A DNA stretch of 64,000 bases from an uncultured Alphaproteobacteria bacterium (GCA_963740805.1 CAVUFL010000004.1:106966-170965), one strand, 5' to 3'. Counted from the first letter of the stretch, positions 12,091 to 21,668 are shown. A program made the numbers and translations. Notes: a model not told the origin generated them from the sequence alone.

Positions 12091-12642
12091 ATGAATGTGA
12101 TGACCCAGCCTGGATCGGCATATTCGCTCGAGAAGCGCGAGGAGAAGCCGGAGACGCACACCATGAGCGTGCTCGTCGACAACGAGCCTGGCGTGCTCGC
12201 CCGCGTCGTCGGCCTGTTCTCGGGGCGCGGGTGGAATATCAACTCGCTCACCGTGTCGGAAACCGAGCACGAGGCGCACCTGTCGCGCATCACCGTCGTC
12301 ACCTCGGGCCCGCCCATGGTCATCGAGCAGATCAAGCACCAGCTGGAAAGGCTGGTCCCGGTGCATTCGGTGACCGATCTCACGCTTCTCGGCAATCCGG
12401 TCGAGCGCGAGCTTGCCCTGGTCAAGGTCGCCGGCAAAGGCGAGAAGCGGGTCGAGGCGCTCCGTCTCGCCGAAGCCTTCCGCGCCTCCGTCATCGACGC
12501 ATCGACCGAGCATTTCATTTTCGAGATTACCGGCAGGCTCTCCAAGATCGAGCAATTCATCGCCCTGATGCAGCCTCTCGGCCTGGTCGAGGTCTCGCGC
12601 ACCGGCCTTGCCGCCATCGCCCGCGGCGCCGAGCGGATGTAG
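12091..12642 (+). CDS. ilvH: acetolactate synthase small regulatory subunit
   Basis: ACT domain SVLVDNEPGVLARVVGLFSGRGWNINSL; ERELALVKV. Confidence 0.95.
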   Translation: MNVMTQPGSAYSLEKREEKPETHTMSVLVDNEPGVLARVVGLFSGRGWNINSLTVSETEHEAHLSRITVVTSGPPMVIEQIKHQLERLVPVHSVTDLTLLGNPVERELALVKVAGKGEKRVEALRLAEAFRASVIDASTEHFIFEITGRLSKIEQFIALMQPLGLVEVSRTGLAAIARGAERM

Positions 12643-13755
<1,113 letters not shown>

Positions 13756-13785
13756 CGTCGTCAGGGGTCTTCATCAACTTCCTTC

Positions 13786-13869
13786 GTCATGGCCGGGCTT
13801 GACCTGGCCATCCACGTTTTTCCTAGCGCTGGAAACGAGATGGAGTCTCGGCCTAAAGCCGGGCATGAC
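13786..13869. repeat. REP/RIME-like palindromic intergenic element
   Basis: GTCATGGCCGGGCTTGACCTGGCCATCCAC...GCCGGGCATGAC: outer inverted repeat plus an internal hairpin, a form common in Hyphomicrobiales intergenic DNA. Confidence 0.7.
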
Positions 13870-13901
13870 AGAGGACCGTTGATGGTGAATAGTTCTCACC
13901 C

Positions 13902-14429
13902 ATGTTGATCACGCGCCTCGCCAAGATCGTGATGTGCCTTGTGCTGGCGCTGTTCTGCCTGCTCATCGCCTACGACAACATCACCGACTACAATGCAAAC
14001 TACGATTTCGTGCAGCATGTGATGAGCATGGACACGACTTTCCCGGGCAACGAGCTCCGCTATCGCGCCATCACCAACCCAACTCTTTGGCGGATCGTCT
14101 ACGCGCTGATCATTATTGCCGAGGGCTTCACCGGCGTACTTTTCCTCGCCGGCGTACTTCAGATGACGCGTGCGCTGCATGCATCGGGCGCCGAGTTCGA
14201 TCGCGCCAAGGCTTATGCCATCGCCGCTGCGCTGGTCGCGTTCCTGGTGTGGTTCTTCGGCTTCATGGTGGTCGCCGGCGAATGGTTCGACATGTGGCAG
14301 TCTAAGACCTGGAACGGCCAGGATGCGGCATTCCGCTTCTACATATCGGTGCTCGCCGTGCTGATCCTGCTCAATCAGTCCGATCCGGACCTGCCTGCGA
14401 GCGCCAAGCGGGGAGGGGCTTCATCATGA
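13902..14429 (+). CDS. DUF2165 family small integral membrane protein
   Basis: DNITDYNANYDFVQHVMSMDTTFP, GFMVVAGEWFDMWQSKTWNGQDAAFR. Confidence 0.88.
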   Translation: MLITRLAKIVMCLVLALFCLLIAYDNITDYNANYDFVQHVMSMDTTFPGNELRYRAITNPTLWRIVYALIIIAEGFTGVLFLAGVLQMTRALHASGAEFDRAKAYAIAAALVAFLVWFFGFMVVAGEWFDMWQSKTWNGQDAAFRFYISVLAVLILLNQSDPDLPASAKRGGASS

Positions 14430-14836
14430 CCGACCGGCAGGCCATCGAAAATCTGTTGGAGGAGCTCTATGCGGCGCGGGTGCGCGGCGATCTAGAGACC
14501 ATCACCAGGCTGTTCGCCGCCAACGCCATTTTTCAGGTCGCCGGCACCGACGATGCGAGCCCGATGCCGACCTTGGTCAAAGGCAATGCCGGGATCACCA
14601 GCCTGATGCAGGGCATGATCACCAATTTCGAGGTCAGCGACTTCACTATTCTTGAGATGCTGATCGACGGGCCAAGCGCCGCGGTGCGCTGGCAGGCGAC
14701 CTTCATGTACACCAAGTCCGGGCGGATGTTCGCAACCGAGCTCGCCGACTTTATCACCGTCGCCGACGGCAAGGTCGTCTCCTTCATCGAATTTCTCGAC
14801 ACCGCGCTCGCCGCCAAGGTGTTGGCCGTCAAATAG
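14426..14836 (+). CDS. NTF2/SnoaL-like domain protein
   Basis: LYAARVRGDLETITRLFAANA...FITVADGKVVSFIEFLDT. Confidence 0.82.
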   Translation: MTDRQAIENLLEELYAARVRGDLETITRLFAANAIFQVAGTDDASPMPTLVKGNAGITSLMQGMITNFEVSDFTILEMLIDGPSAAVRWQATFMYTKSGRMFATELADFITVADGKVVSFIEFLDTALAAKVLAVK

Positions 14837-14893
14837 CCTCAGCGCCTCCGCCCTGCTAACATCGCCGAAGTCTAGTCAGTGCGGGAGGTGGCC

Positions 14894-15595
14894 ATGCCCT
14901 TTGACGGTCGGCAAGTCGTAGTGACGGGCGGCACCGGCGCGCTCGGCGGAGCCGTGGTAGGGGCCCTTGTGGAGGCTGGTGCCGTCTGCACCGTGCCTTG
15001 GCTGCACGAGCAGGAGGCTGAGCGCTTCCCCTATCGCGAGAAGAAGCAGGTCAAGCTGGTCGGTCCCGTCGACCTTGCCGACGAGACCGCGGTCAACCGG
15101 CTGTTTACTGGCGTTCCGGCGCTATGGGCCTCGGTCCACATTGCCGGCGGGTTCGCCATGAGCCCCGTCGCCAAGACGAGCAAGGCCAAATTGATGCAGC
15201 AGATCGATATCAATCTCGTGAGCTGCTTCCTCTGCTGCGCGGCTGCGGTCAACGCCATCGGCCGCACCGGGCAGGGCGGGCGGATCGTCAATGTTTCGTC
15301 GCGCCCTGCGCTCGAATGGCGGATCGGCTCCGGCATGGCCGCCTACACCGCGACCAAGGCCGCGGTGGCGGCGCTGACCGTGGCGCTCTCTGAGGAGGTC
15401 GCCAAGGATGGCATCCTGGTCAACGCCGTGGCCCCGTCCATCATGGATACGCCGGCCAACCGCGCCGCCATGCCGAAAGCGAATTACGATCTCTGGCCGA
15501 AGGTCGAGGAGGTGGCGGCGACCATCCTGTTCCTCGCTTCGCCTGAGAACAAAGTGACGCGAGGCGCCGTGGTCCCCGTCTATGGCAAGTCCTAG
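14894..15595 (+). CDS. short-chain dehydrogenase/reductase
   Basis: TGGTGALG, GRIVNVSS, YTATK, VNAVAPSIMDT; RBS GGAGG before ATG 14894. Confidence 0.92.
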   Translation: MPFDGRQVVVTGGTGALGGAVVGALVEAGAVCTVPWLHEQEAERFPYREKKQVKLVGPVDLADETAVNRLFTGVPALWASVHIAGGFAMSPVAKTSKAKLMQQIDINLVSCFLCCAAAVNAIGRTGQGGRIVNVSSRPALEWRIGSGMAAYTATKAAVAALTVALSEEVAKDGILVNAVAPSIMDTPANRAAMPKANYDLWPKVEEVAATILFLASPENKVTRGAVVPVYGKS

Positions 15596-15605
15596 GGCCG
15601 CGCCA

Positions 15606-16688
15606 ATGCAAGCCCCGGCCAAGGCGACGGAGATCGGGCTTGTCCTGCAGGGAGGCGGCGCGCTTGGCGCCTATGAATACGGGGCGATCACGGCGCTGCT
15701 CGAGCTGATCGACGAAGCAGCCGGCAAGGGCCGCGCCGTCTCGCTCAAGGCCGTCACCGGGGTTTCCATCGGCGCGATCAATGCAGCTTGCGTGGTCGGC
15801 GCCGCCACCAGGACCGATGCGCGTCGGCGCCTCGCCTCGCTGTGGAACGACCTCGTGCTCGAGACGCCGATGTTTTGGCCGCGGCAGGCGAGGCGGGATC
15901 TCGCGCTCTACGGCTTGCCGAACTTCTATTCGCTGCGTGCCGACATGCTGTCGTTCGCGACCTGGACGCATGTCTACGATACGCGCCCCTTGCTGCCGAC
16001 GCTGACCCGTCACGTCGATTTTGCCGAGCTCAACGCCAGCGACACGGCCTTCGTGGTGACCGCGGTCGATGTAGAGAGCGGCGTGCTGCGGCGGTTCTCC
16101 AACAAGAAGCTCGACAAGACGGAGCGCACGACCATCGAGCCGCATCACGTGCTGGCGAGCGGCAGCCTGCCGCCGCAATTTCCCTGGACCGAGATCAAGG
16201 AGGGCAGCGGCGCCCGGCGCTATTGGGACGGCGGCATCATCGACAATACCCCGCTCACCGATGCGATCGACGCTTTCAGCGTCGACAAGGATGTGCGGCG
16301 GCTGCTCGTTGTCATGAACTTGTTCCCGCAAGCTGCGCGTCTCCCCACCAGCCTGTTCGAGGTCACAGAGCGGGTCGATGGGCTTCGTTTCGGCAACCGC
16401 CTGCACCAGGACACCAAGACCGCCGAGCGCATCAACATGCTGGCCTCGACTATCGATGAACTCGCCGGCCTCGTACCCAGTGAGCTCCCGCCGGAGCTTG
16501 CTCTCAATGTCGCCAAGGCGCGCGCCTTCAAGCTTGTGAAGACGATCGAGCTCACGCTCGAGCCCGAGAGCGAGTCCGCCGAGGAGTACGGCTTTCGCGA
16601 TTTTTCGCGTGAAGGCATCGAGAACCGCCGCGTCGCCGGCCGGGCGATCGCGCTTTCGGCGCTCCGCCCCGAATTCGACCAGCTTTGA
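15606..16688 (+). CDS. patatin-like phospholipase
   Basis: LQGGGALGAY, GVSIG nucleophile elbow, ASGSLP, DGG motif. Confidence 0.9.
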   Translation: MQAPAKATEIGLVLQGGGALGAYEYGAITALLELIDEAAGKGRAVSLKAVTGVSIGAINAACVVGAATRTDARRRLASLWNDLVLETPMFWPRQARRDLALYGLPNFYSLRADMLSFATWTHVYDTRPLLPTLTRHVDFAELNASDTAFVVTAVDVESGVLRRFSNKKLDKTERTTIEPHHVLASGSLPPQFPWTEIKEGSGARRYWDGGIIDNTPLTDAIDAFSVDKDVRRLLVVMNLFPQAARLPTSLFEVTERVDGLRFGNRLHQDTKTAERINMLASTIDELAGLVPSELPPELALNVAKARAFKLVKTIELTLEPESESAEEYGFRDFSREGIENRRVAGRAIALSALRPEFDQL

Positions 16689-16755
16689 TGTTGCAAGGGC
16701 CACGGGCAGCTCTTACCAACGCCTGCAAGAGGCCCAAAGAGGGGGAAAAAGCCAG

Positions 16756-17493
16756 ATGAAGGCTTTGAAATGCGACGCCGTGCGAGCTGCGGTCTCTATC
16801 CTGCCGCTGATCGTCGGCTTGTCGGGCGGCGCCGGCACCGCGGCGGCCCAGCAGCCGACCCCGGAGCAGCAAGACGCGATCCGCTCGAATTGCCGCTCCG
16901 ATTTCATGGCGAATTGCTCGGGCGTGCCGAGGGGCGGGAAGGAAGCGATGCAATGTCTGAAAGACAACGTCGCGAAACTTTCCTCCGGCTGCCAGCAGGC
17001 CGTGAAGGCGGTCATGCCGGCGCCAGCACCTAAGCCTCCCACCCCTGTCACTGCGACTCCTGCTTCTCCCGCGGCGCCACCTCCGGCCGTTGCGCCGGCG
17101 GCGCCTGCTGCGGCGACACCGGCGGCTCCAGCCGCTCCCGCTTCTGCCCCGGCCGCGTCCACGGCGACACAAGCGGCCCCCACGCCAACCGTGGCAAAAC
17201 CGGCGGCGACAACGCCTGCAGCCGTCAAGCCGGCAGCCCCCGCAGCCCCCGCAGAGAAAAGCGCTGCGAAGCCTCCTGCCGTCGCGCCAGCTCCCGCCGC
17301 CGCCCCGCCTGCCGTGATTGTGGTCGCGCCGATCCGGCTGTTCGCCTTGGTGCGCACCAAATGCCGCGCAGAGTACCGCGCCTATTGCTCCGACGTGGAT
17401 ATCGGTGGCGGTCGCGTGGTCGCGTGCCTGCAGGCGAACGCTGCATCGCTGTCACCAACCTGCCAAAGCGGCTTGGCAGAGTTGGGCCGCTGA
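16756..17493 (+). CDS. secreted protein with two four-Cys repeat domains joined by a Pro/Ala linker
   Basis: Signal peptide; CRSDFMANC...QCL...LSSGC and CRAEYRAYC...ACL...LSPTC repeats; ~100-aa P/A/T linker. Confidence 0.82.
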   Translation: MKALKCDAVRAAVSILPLIVGLSGGAGTAAAQQPTPEQQDAIRSNCRSDFMANCSGVPRGGKEAMQCLKDNVAKLSSGCQQAVKAVMPAPAPKPPTPVTATPASPAAPPPAVAPAAPAAATPAAPAAPASAPAASTATQAAPTPTVAKPAATTPAAVKPAAPAAPAEKSAAKPPAVAPAPAAAPPAVIVVAPIRLFALVRTKCRAEYRAYCSDVDIGGGRVVACLQANAASLSPTCQSGLAELGR

Positions 17494-17528
17494 CGGGCCG
17501 GAAGCCCGGCAGATCATTGGAGAGACGA

Positions 17529-17990
17529 ATGAGACCGCTTTACCTCTCGGCGATGCTGTTTCTCGCTGGGGCTGGCCTTGCCCGCGCCGACGATCTCGCT
17601 TGCGTCAGCACGACCTTCAGATTCACATCGCCCAGCGACAAGGTTTGCGTGAGTAACTTCGACGACCCGAAAGTGCCGGGCGTGACTTGCTTCATCTCGC
17701 AGGCCCGCAAGGGCGGATGGGGGCAGCCATTCGGCCTCAATGAGGATCCCTCGAATTTCTCGGTGTCCTGCCGCCAGATGGGACCGATCACCACCGACAT
17801 CTCGACGCTGCCGGAGAAGGAAGAGGCCTTCACGGAGAAGACAAGCATCTTCTTCAAGGCGACGCGCATCTACCGGGTGCCGGACGTGAAACGGAACGCG
17901 CTCATCTATCTCGCCGTCAGCTCCAAAGTCATCGAGGGTTCGCCGGCAAACGCGATCAGCGTCGTGCCGATCATGCCGTGGACTAGATAG
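17529..17990 (+). CDS. creA: CreA family protein
   Basis: Signal peptide; FDDPKVPGVTCFIS, EDPSNFSVSCRQMGP, KVIEGSPANAIS. Confidence 0.88.
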   Translation: MRPLYLSAMLFLAGAGLARADDLACVSTTFRFTSPSDKVCVSNFDDPKVPGVTCFISQARKGGWGQPFGLNEDPSNFSVSCRQMGPITTDISTLPEKEEAFTEKTSIFFKATRIYRVPDVKRNALIYLAVSSKVIEGSPANAISVVPIMPWTR

Positions 17991-18188
17991 CGCCCGTTCC
18001 GAGAGCCAGTTTTTTCGCGTGTCCCGCGCGGGCTGGAGTCCGGCGTTCGCCGGAATGACGCCAGGCCGACGGCACGTGTGGGATTCATCACATCCAACCC
18101 CTGGCGCCAGACCTACAATTTTTCCGTCGAAACAGACGCATGCGTGAAGGCGAGTGAGACCTTCACGCCGAGACAGGAGGACACCACC

Positions 18189-18305
18189 ATGTTGAAAGTC
18201 ACGATCTTTGCGCTCGCGCTGCTGCTTTCAGGCGCGGCGATCGCTTGCCCGTTCGGTTATGTGCCTTGCGGCGAGGCCGGCCAGCTTTGTTGCCCTGGGC
18301 AATAG
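18189..18305 (+). CDS. small secreted cysteine-rich peptide (38 aa)
   Basis: Strong RBS AGGAGG upstream; MLKVTIFALALLLSGAAIA signal peptide followed by CPFGYVPCGEAGQLCCPGQ. Confidence 0.72.
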   Translation: MLKVTIFALALLLSGAAIACPFGYVPCGEAGQLCCPGQ

Positions 18306-18350
18306 CGGCTGGGGTCTGGACTACGGAAGCGCTCTGAAAGGAGGCGCGCC

Positions 18351-19142
18351 ATGAACATACTGCAAACGCAAAATCCCAAAGTCCGCGCCGCTGTGCTCGG
18401 GGCAATTCTTCTGCTGCCGGTCGCCGGATTGGCAGTCTGGTATTGGCTGGTAACGAGGTCCGAGGCGGACGAGCTCACGCGCATCGTTCGGCAATACGGT
18501 TATACCGCCGTGACGCCTCCGTCCCGCCTGTTCGGGCCGGGCACGATCACGACGGTGGAGAAGCTGCCCGACGGTACGCTGCAGCTTCACCTCGCCTGCA
18601 AGATGGACGACAACGCGCTCGCGGCGATGTGGCAGAAATCGCCGACGGTAGATCGGAGTCTGGTCTCCGCCATCAAGCAGACGTTTGAGTCTTCGGCCAA
18701 GGCCCTGGAGATGATTTCGTCCGGCGCTGAGGGCAGACGCACCAGGGGCATCGATGTCTCCCTGCGCAACATCAGTATTGTGACGATGACCTACCAGGAT
18801 CTCATCGACGTGCGTAACCAGTACCTGAAGGGCACCTGTGAAGAGGTCGTCATCGGCAATCTTCGGGCGGGCGCCGCGGTGTGCCAGCCGGAAGAGGTGC
18901 TCGAGGCGGACCTTGTCTACAAGCAGGCTGTGCAGAACGGGCTTGGCGGCAATGGCAAGGCCGAGACGACTGAGGCAGGTGGCTCGCTCAAGGTCGACCG
19001 CGAGACGTCGGACACCGATGAGGTACAGGGAGAGGACCTGTTTCTCGGAGCCAAGGTGAGCCGGGGCTATTGCTTCCGGCTTGCCAAGAACGGACAGGAC
19101 CTCGCCGGCAGCTTTGACCAGGCTCTTGCAACAGGATTCTGA
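18351..19142 (+). CDS. N-terminally membrane-anchored hypothetical protein, putative gasdermin-like fold
   Basis: RBS AAGGAGG; TM segment at about aa 12-34; DELxxxxxxxGxxxxxPPxxxxxPG motif, amphipathic beta-like segments, C-terminal GEDLFLGAK. The ORF is well supported; the fold call is inference. Confidence 0.6.
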   Translation: MNILQTQNPKVRAAVLGAILLLPVAGLAVWYWLVTRSEADELTRIVRQYGYTAVTPPSRLFGPGTITTVEKLPDGTLQLHLACKMDDNALAAMWQKSPTVDRSLVSAIKQTFESSAKALEMISSGAEGRRTRGIDVSLRNISIVTMTYQDLIDVRNQYLKGTCEEVVIGNLRAGAAVCQPEEVLEADLVYKQAVQNGLGGNGKAETTEAGGSLKVDRETSDTDEVQGEDLFLGAKVSRGYCFRLAKNGQDLAGSFDQALATGF

Positions 19143-19608
19143 GACATCCGTGCTGGCGGAAAAAAAATAATCCCCGCGCCACGGTTCGCTCGTATCTTTG
19201 CCGTGCCTCATCCACTGAGGGCGCTCTTCGCGAGGCGTCGTTGAAGGCGGGATGAGGTGCGGCGCCCTGCGGGCCGGTTTCGCAGACCGGCACTCGGGCG
19301 GCGGCGGGGCTCCCCCCGGGACCACCAAGAGTCCCTGCCAGGAGCTGGCTGACGACTTGATCGTTGCGCTACCGGCCTCTGGCCTACATGAGCGCAATGA
19401 TTGTCGTGCTTGGAGCACGACATGGCAGCGCCGCGAGCGCAGTCCCAAGCGAAAGCGGGGCCCGCTTGGTCGCTAAGTCGCCGCGATTGGCGCGCCGAGA
19501 GGCGCCCGCGTGCCGCAAGGCACGAACCATACGGATTGCGCTTTTCGGCGCGCCACCCCTTCAAACTCCGGGCGTCTAACCGCGTCGCGGCAATGAGATC
19601 GCATGTCT
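19142..19608. ncRNA. ~470-bp highly structured non-coding element (candidate large RNA or MITE-like repeat)
   Basis: Imperfect terminal inverted repeats and at least eight internal stems, e.g. 19200-19213/19250-19263 (14 bp), 19359-19370/19391-19402 (12 bp), 19402-19422 (9 bp perfect), 19488-19505/19538-19555 (18 bp, enclosing a GCAA-loop hairpin). Confidence 0.55.
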
Positions 19609-19634
19609 GGTCGTAGCGCAGCAACAGACTCCAT

Positions 19635-19689
19635 ACCTCCCCCTCGTGGGGAGGTCCGACGACGCCTTTGGCGGCGTCGGGGTGGGGGG
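19635..19689. repeat. REP-like double-hairpin element
   Basis: ACCTCCCC-CTCGT-GGGGAGGT, then CCGACGACGCC-TTT-GGCGGCGTCGG and GGTGGGGGG; a typical alphaproteobacterial palindromic unit. Confidence 0.6.
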
Positions 19690-19818
19690 CTAGCTACGGT
19701 CGCCGGAAGGACGAAGCGAAGGGTGCTCTTGCCCCCGCTGAGCCTTCGCATTATGTTCCGCGAGCGCGTGCAACCCGCGCAATAGCAAGGTTTATCGATG
19801 CAAGCGACGCGAGGAGAG

Positions 19819-19905
19819 ATGGGATTTGGTGCAGGCACGGGCTTCCCGGCCGCGACCTCCCGCGCGCACATTTGCCTCGCCAAACTCCTCCTTAGACGCC
19901 CCTGA
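19819..19905 (+). CDS. putative leuA leader peptide (Leu-rich)
   Basis: MGFGAGTGFPAATSRAHICLAKLLLRRP* with four Leu codons near its end, 124 nt upstream of leuA. Confidence 0.6.
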   Translation: MGFGAGTGFPAATSRAHICLAKLLLRRP

Positions 19906-19949
19906 GCACCTTCGCTCTCGCCACTTGGAGCGAGGCTGGCGTTCAGGGG
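19899..19949 (+). promoter_or_regulatory. leuA attenuator-like helix
   Basis: CCCCTGAGC (19899-19907) pairs with GTTCAGGGG (19941-19949) and encloses TCGCTC/GAGCGA; it overlaps the leader stop codon. Confidence 0.6.
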
Positions 19950-20029
19950 ATGGCAAGAGAAACCCGCGATAATTCAAGCGGCTTGCCGGTCGTGCTAGAC
20001 TGCCAAGCCAAGGAGTTGAGGACGAGAAC

Positions 20030-21631
20030 ATGAGCTCCAATCAGGACCAAACCCCACGAAGTGACTCGCCACGAAGTGGCCGCGAGGGGAAAGATCGCGT
20101 CGTCATTTTCGACACCACCTTGCGCGACGGCGAGCAGTGTCCCGGCGCCACCATGACCTTCGAGGAGAAGCTCGAAGTCGCCGCGCTGCTCGACGAGATG
20201 GGCGTCGACATCATCGAGGCCGGTTTCCCCATCGCGAGCCAGGGCGATTTCGACAGCGTCCAGGAGATCGCGCGGCGGGCCAAGAATTCGGTGATCTGCG
20301 GGCTGGCCCGCGCGCAAGCGAAGGACATCGACGTCTGCGCCGACGCGATCAAGCCGGCGAAGCAGGGCCGCATTCACACCTTCATCGGCACCTCGCCGCT
20401 CCATCGCAAATATCAGATGAGCATCGACGAGGCCGAGGTGCTTTCCCGCGTGACCGCGTCGGTCACCCGGGCCCGCTCCTACACCGACAACGTGGAATGG
20501 TCGGCGATGGACGCAACCCGCACCGAGATCGATTTCCTCTGTGCCTGCGTCGAGGCTGCGATCAAGGCAGGCGCCACCACCGTCAACATCCCCGACACGG
20601 TCGGTTACGCTACGCCGGACGAGTTCGCGGCGCTGATCCGCACCATCATCGAGCGCGTGCCGAATTCGGACAAAGCCGTGTTCTCGACCCATTGCCATAA
20701 CGATCTGGGTCTCGCCGTCGCCAATTCGCTGGCGGGCGTTGGGGCGGGGGCGCGGCAAGTGGAATGCGCGGTGAATGGCCTCGGCGAGCGCGCCGGCAAC
20801 GCAGCGCTGGAAGAGATCGTCATGGCGATCCGCACCCGCGGCGATGCCATGCCGTTCTGGACCGGCATCGACACCACCATGCTGACCCGCGCTTCGCGGC
20901 TCATCTCCCGCGTCACCGCTTTTCCCGTGCAGTACAACAAGGCGATCGTCGGACGGAATGCCTTTGCGCATGAGAGCGGCATCCATCAGGACGGGGTGTT
21001 GAAGCATGCCGAGACCTTCGAGATCATGACGCCGGAAAGCGTTGGCCTGAAGGAATCCTCGCTGGTCATGGGCAAGCATTCCGGGCGCCACGCCTTCCGC
21101 GAGAAGCTGAAGGAGCTCGGCTACGAGCTCGGCGACAATGCCTTCGAGGACGCCTTCGTCCGCTTCAAGGCGCTCGCCGACCGCAAGAAGCACGTCTACG
21201 ACGAGGATATCGAGGCTCTGGTCGATCAGGAGATCGCCTCGGCGCACGACCGCATCAAGGTCGTGGCGCTGACCGTGATCGCCGGCACCGGCGGACCGCA
21301 AAAGGCGACCATCACGCTCGATATCGACGGCAAGCACCACACCGTGGAATCGACCGGCGACGGTCCTGTCGATGCGACCTTCAAGGCGATCAAGGCGATC
21401 GTGCCGCACGAGGCGCGGCTGCCGCTCTATCAGGTGAGCGCGGTCACGGAAGGAACCGACGCGCAGGCCGAGGTGATCGTGCGGCTCGAGGACGGCGACA
21501 AGACCGTGACGGGCAGGGGCTCCGATACCGACACGATGGTCGCATCGGCCAGGGCCTATGTCAGCGCGCTCTCCAAGCTGCTCGCCCGTGGCGCGCGGCG
21601 GAAGCCTGAGACCATGCTGAACGCTGGCTAG
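20030..21631 (+). CDS. leuA: 2-isopropylmalate synthase
   Basis: IFDTTLRDGEQ, HCHNDLG, NGLGERAGN, AHESGIHQDG, C-terminal regulatory domain GDGPVDA. Confidence 0.97.
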   Translation: MSSNQDQTPRSDSPRSGREGKDRVVIFDTTLRDGEQCPGATMTFEEKLEVAALLDEMGVDIIEAGFPIASQGDFDSVQEIARRAKNSVICGLARAQAKDIDVCADAIKPAKQGRIHTFIGTSPLHRKYQMSIDEAEVLSRVTASVTRARSYTDNVEWSAMDATRTEIDFLCACVEAAIKAGATTVNIPDTVGYATPDEFAALIRTIIERVPNSDKAVFSTHCHNDLGLAVANSLAGVGAGARQVECAVNGLGERAGNAALEEIVMAIRTRGDAMPFWTGIDTTMLTRASRLISRVTAFPVQYNKAIVGRNAFAHESGIHQDGVLKHAETFEIMTPESVGLKESSLVMGKHSGRHAFREKLKELGYELGDNAFEDAFVRFKALADRKKHVYDEDIEALVDQEIASAHDRIKVVALTVIAGTGGPQKATITLDIDGKHHTVESTGDGPVDATFKAIKAIVPHEARLPLYQVSAVTEGTDAQAEVIVRLEDGDKTVTGRGSDTDTMVASARAYVSALSKLLARGARRKPETMLNAG

Positions 21632-21668
21632 GTTATCCCCGCAGCTCTTGTTGGGCCTAAGAATGGTG

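Noticed and set aside
15606-16688. Patatin as a CBASS/defence effector partnering the gasdermin-like gene
   Set aside because: Looks like the common housekeeping-type patatin coupled to an SDR; no cyclase or other defence genes nearby, and two unrelated genes intervene.
18321-19448. 375-aa minus-strand ORF over the gasdermin-like gene and structured element
   Set aside because: No motifs or RBS; the plus-strand gene has a strong RBS and a coherent architecture.
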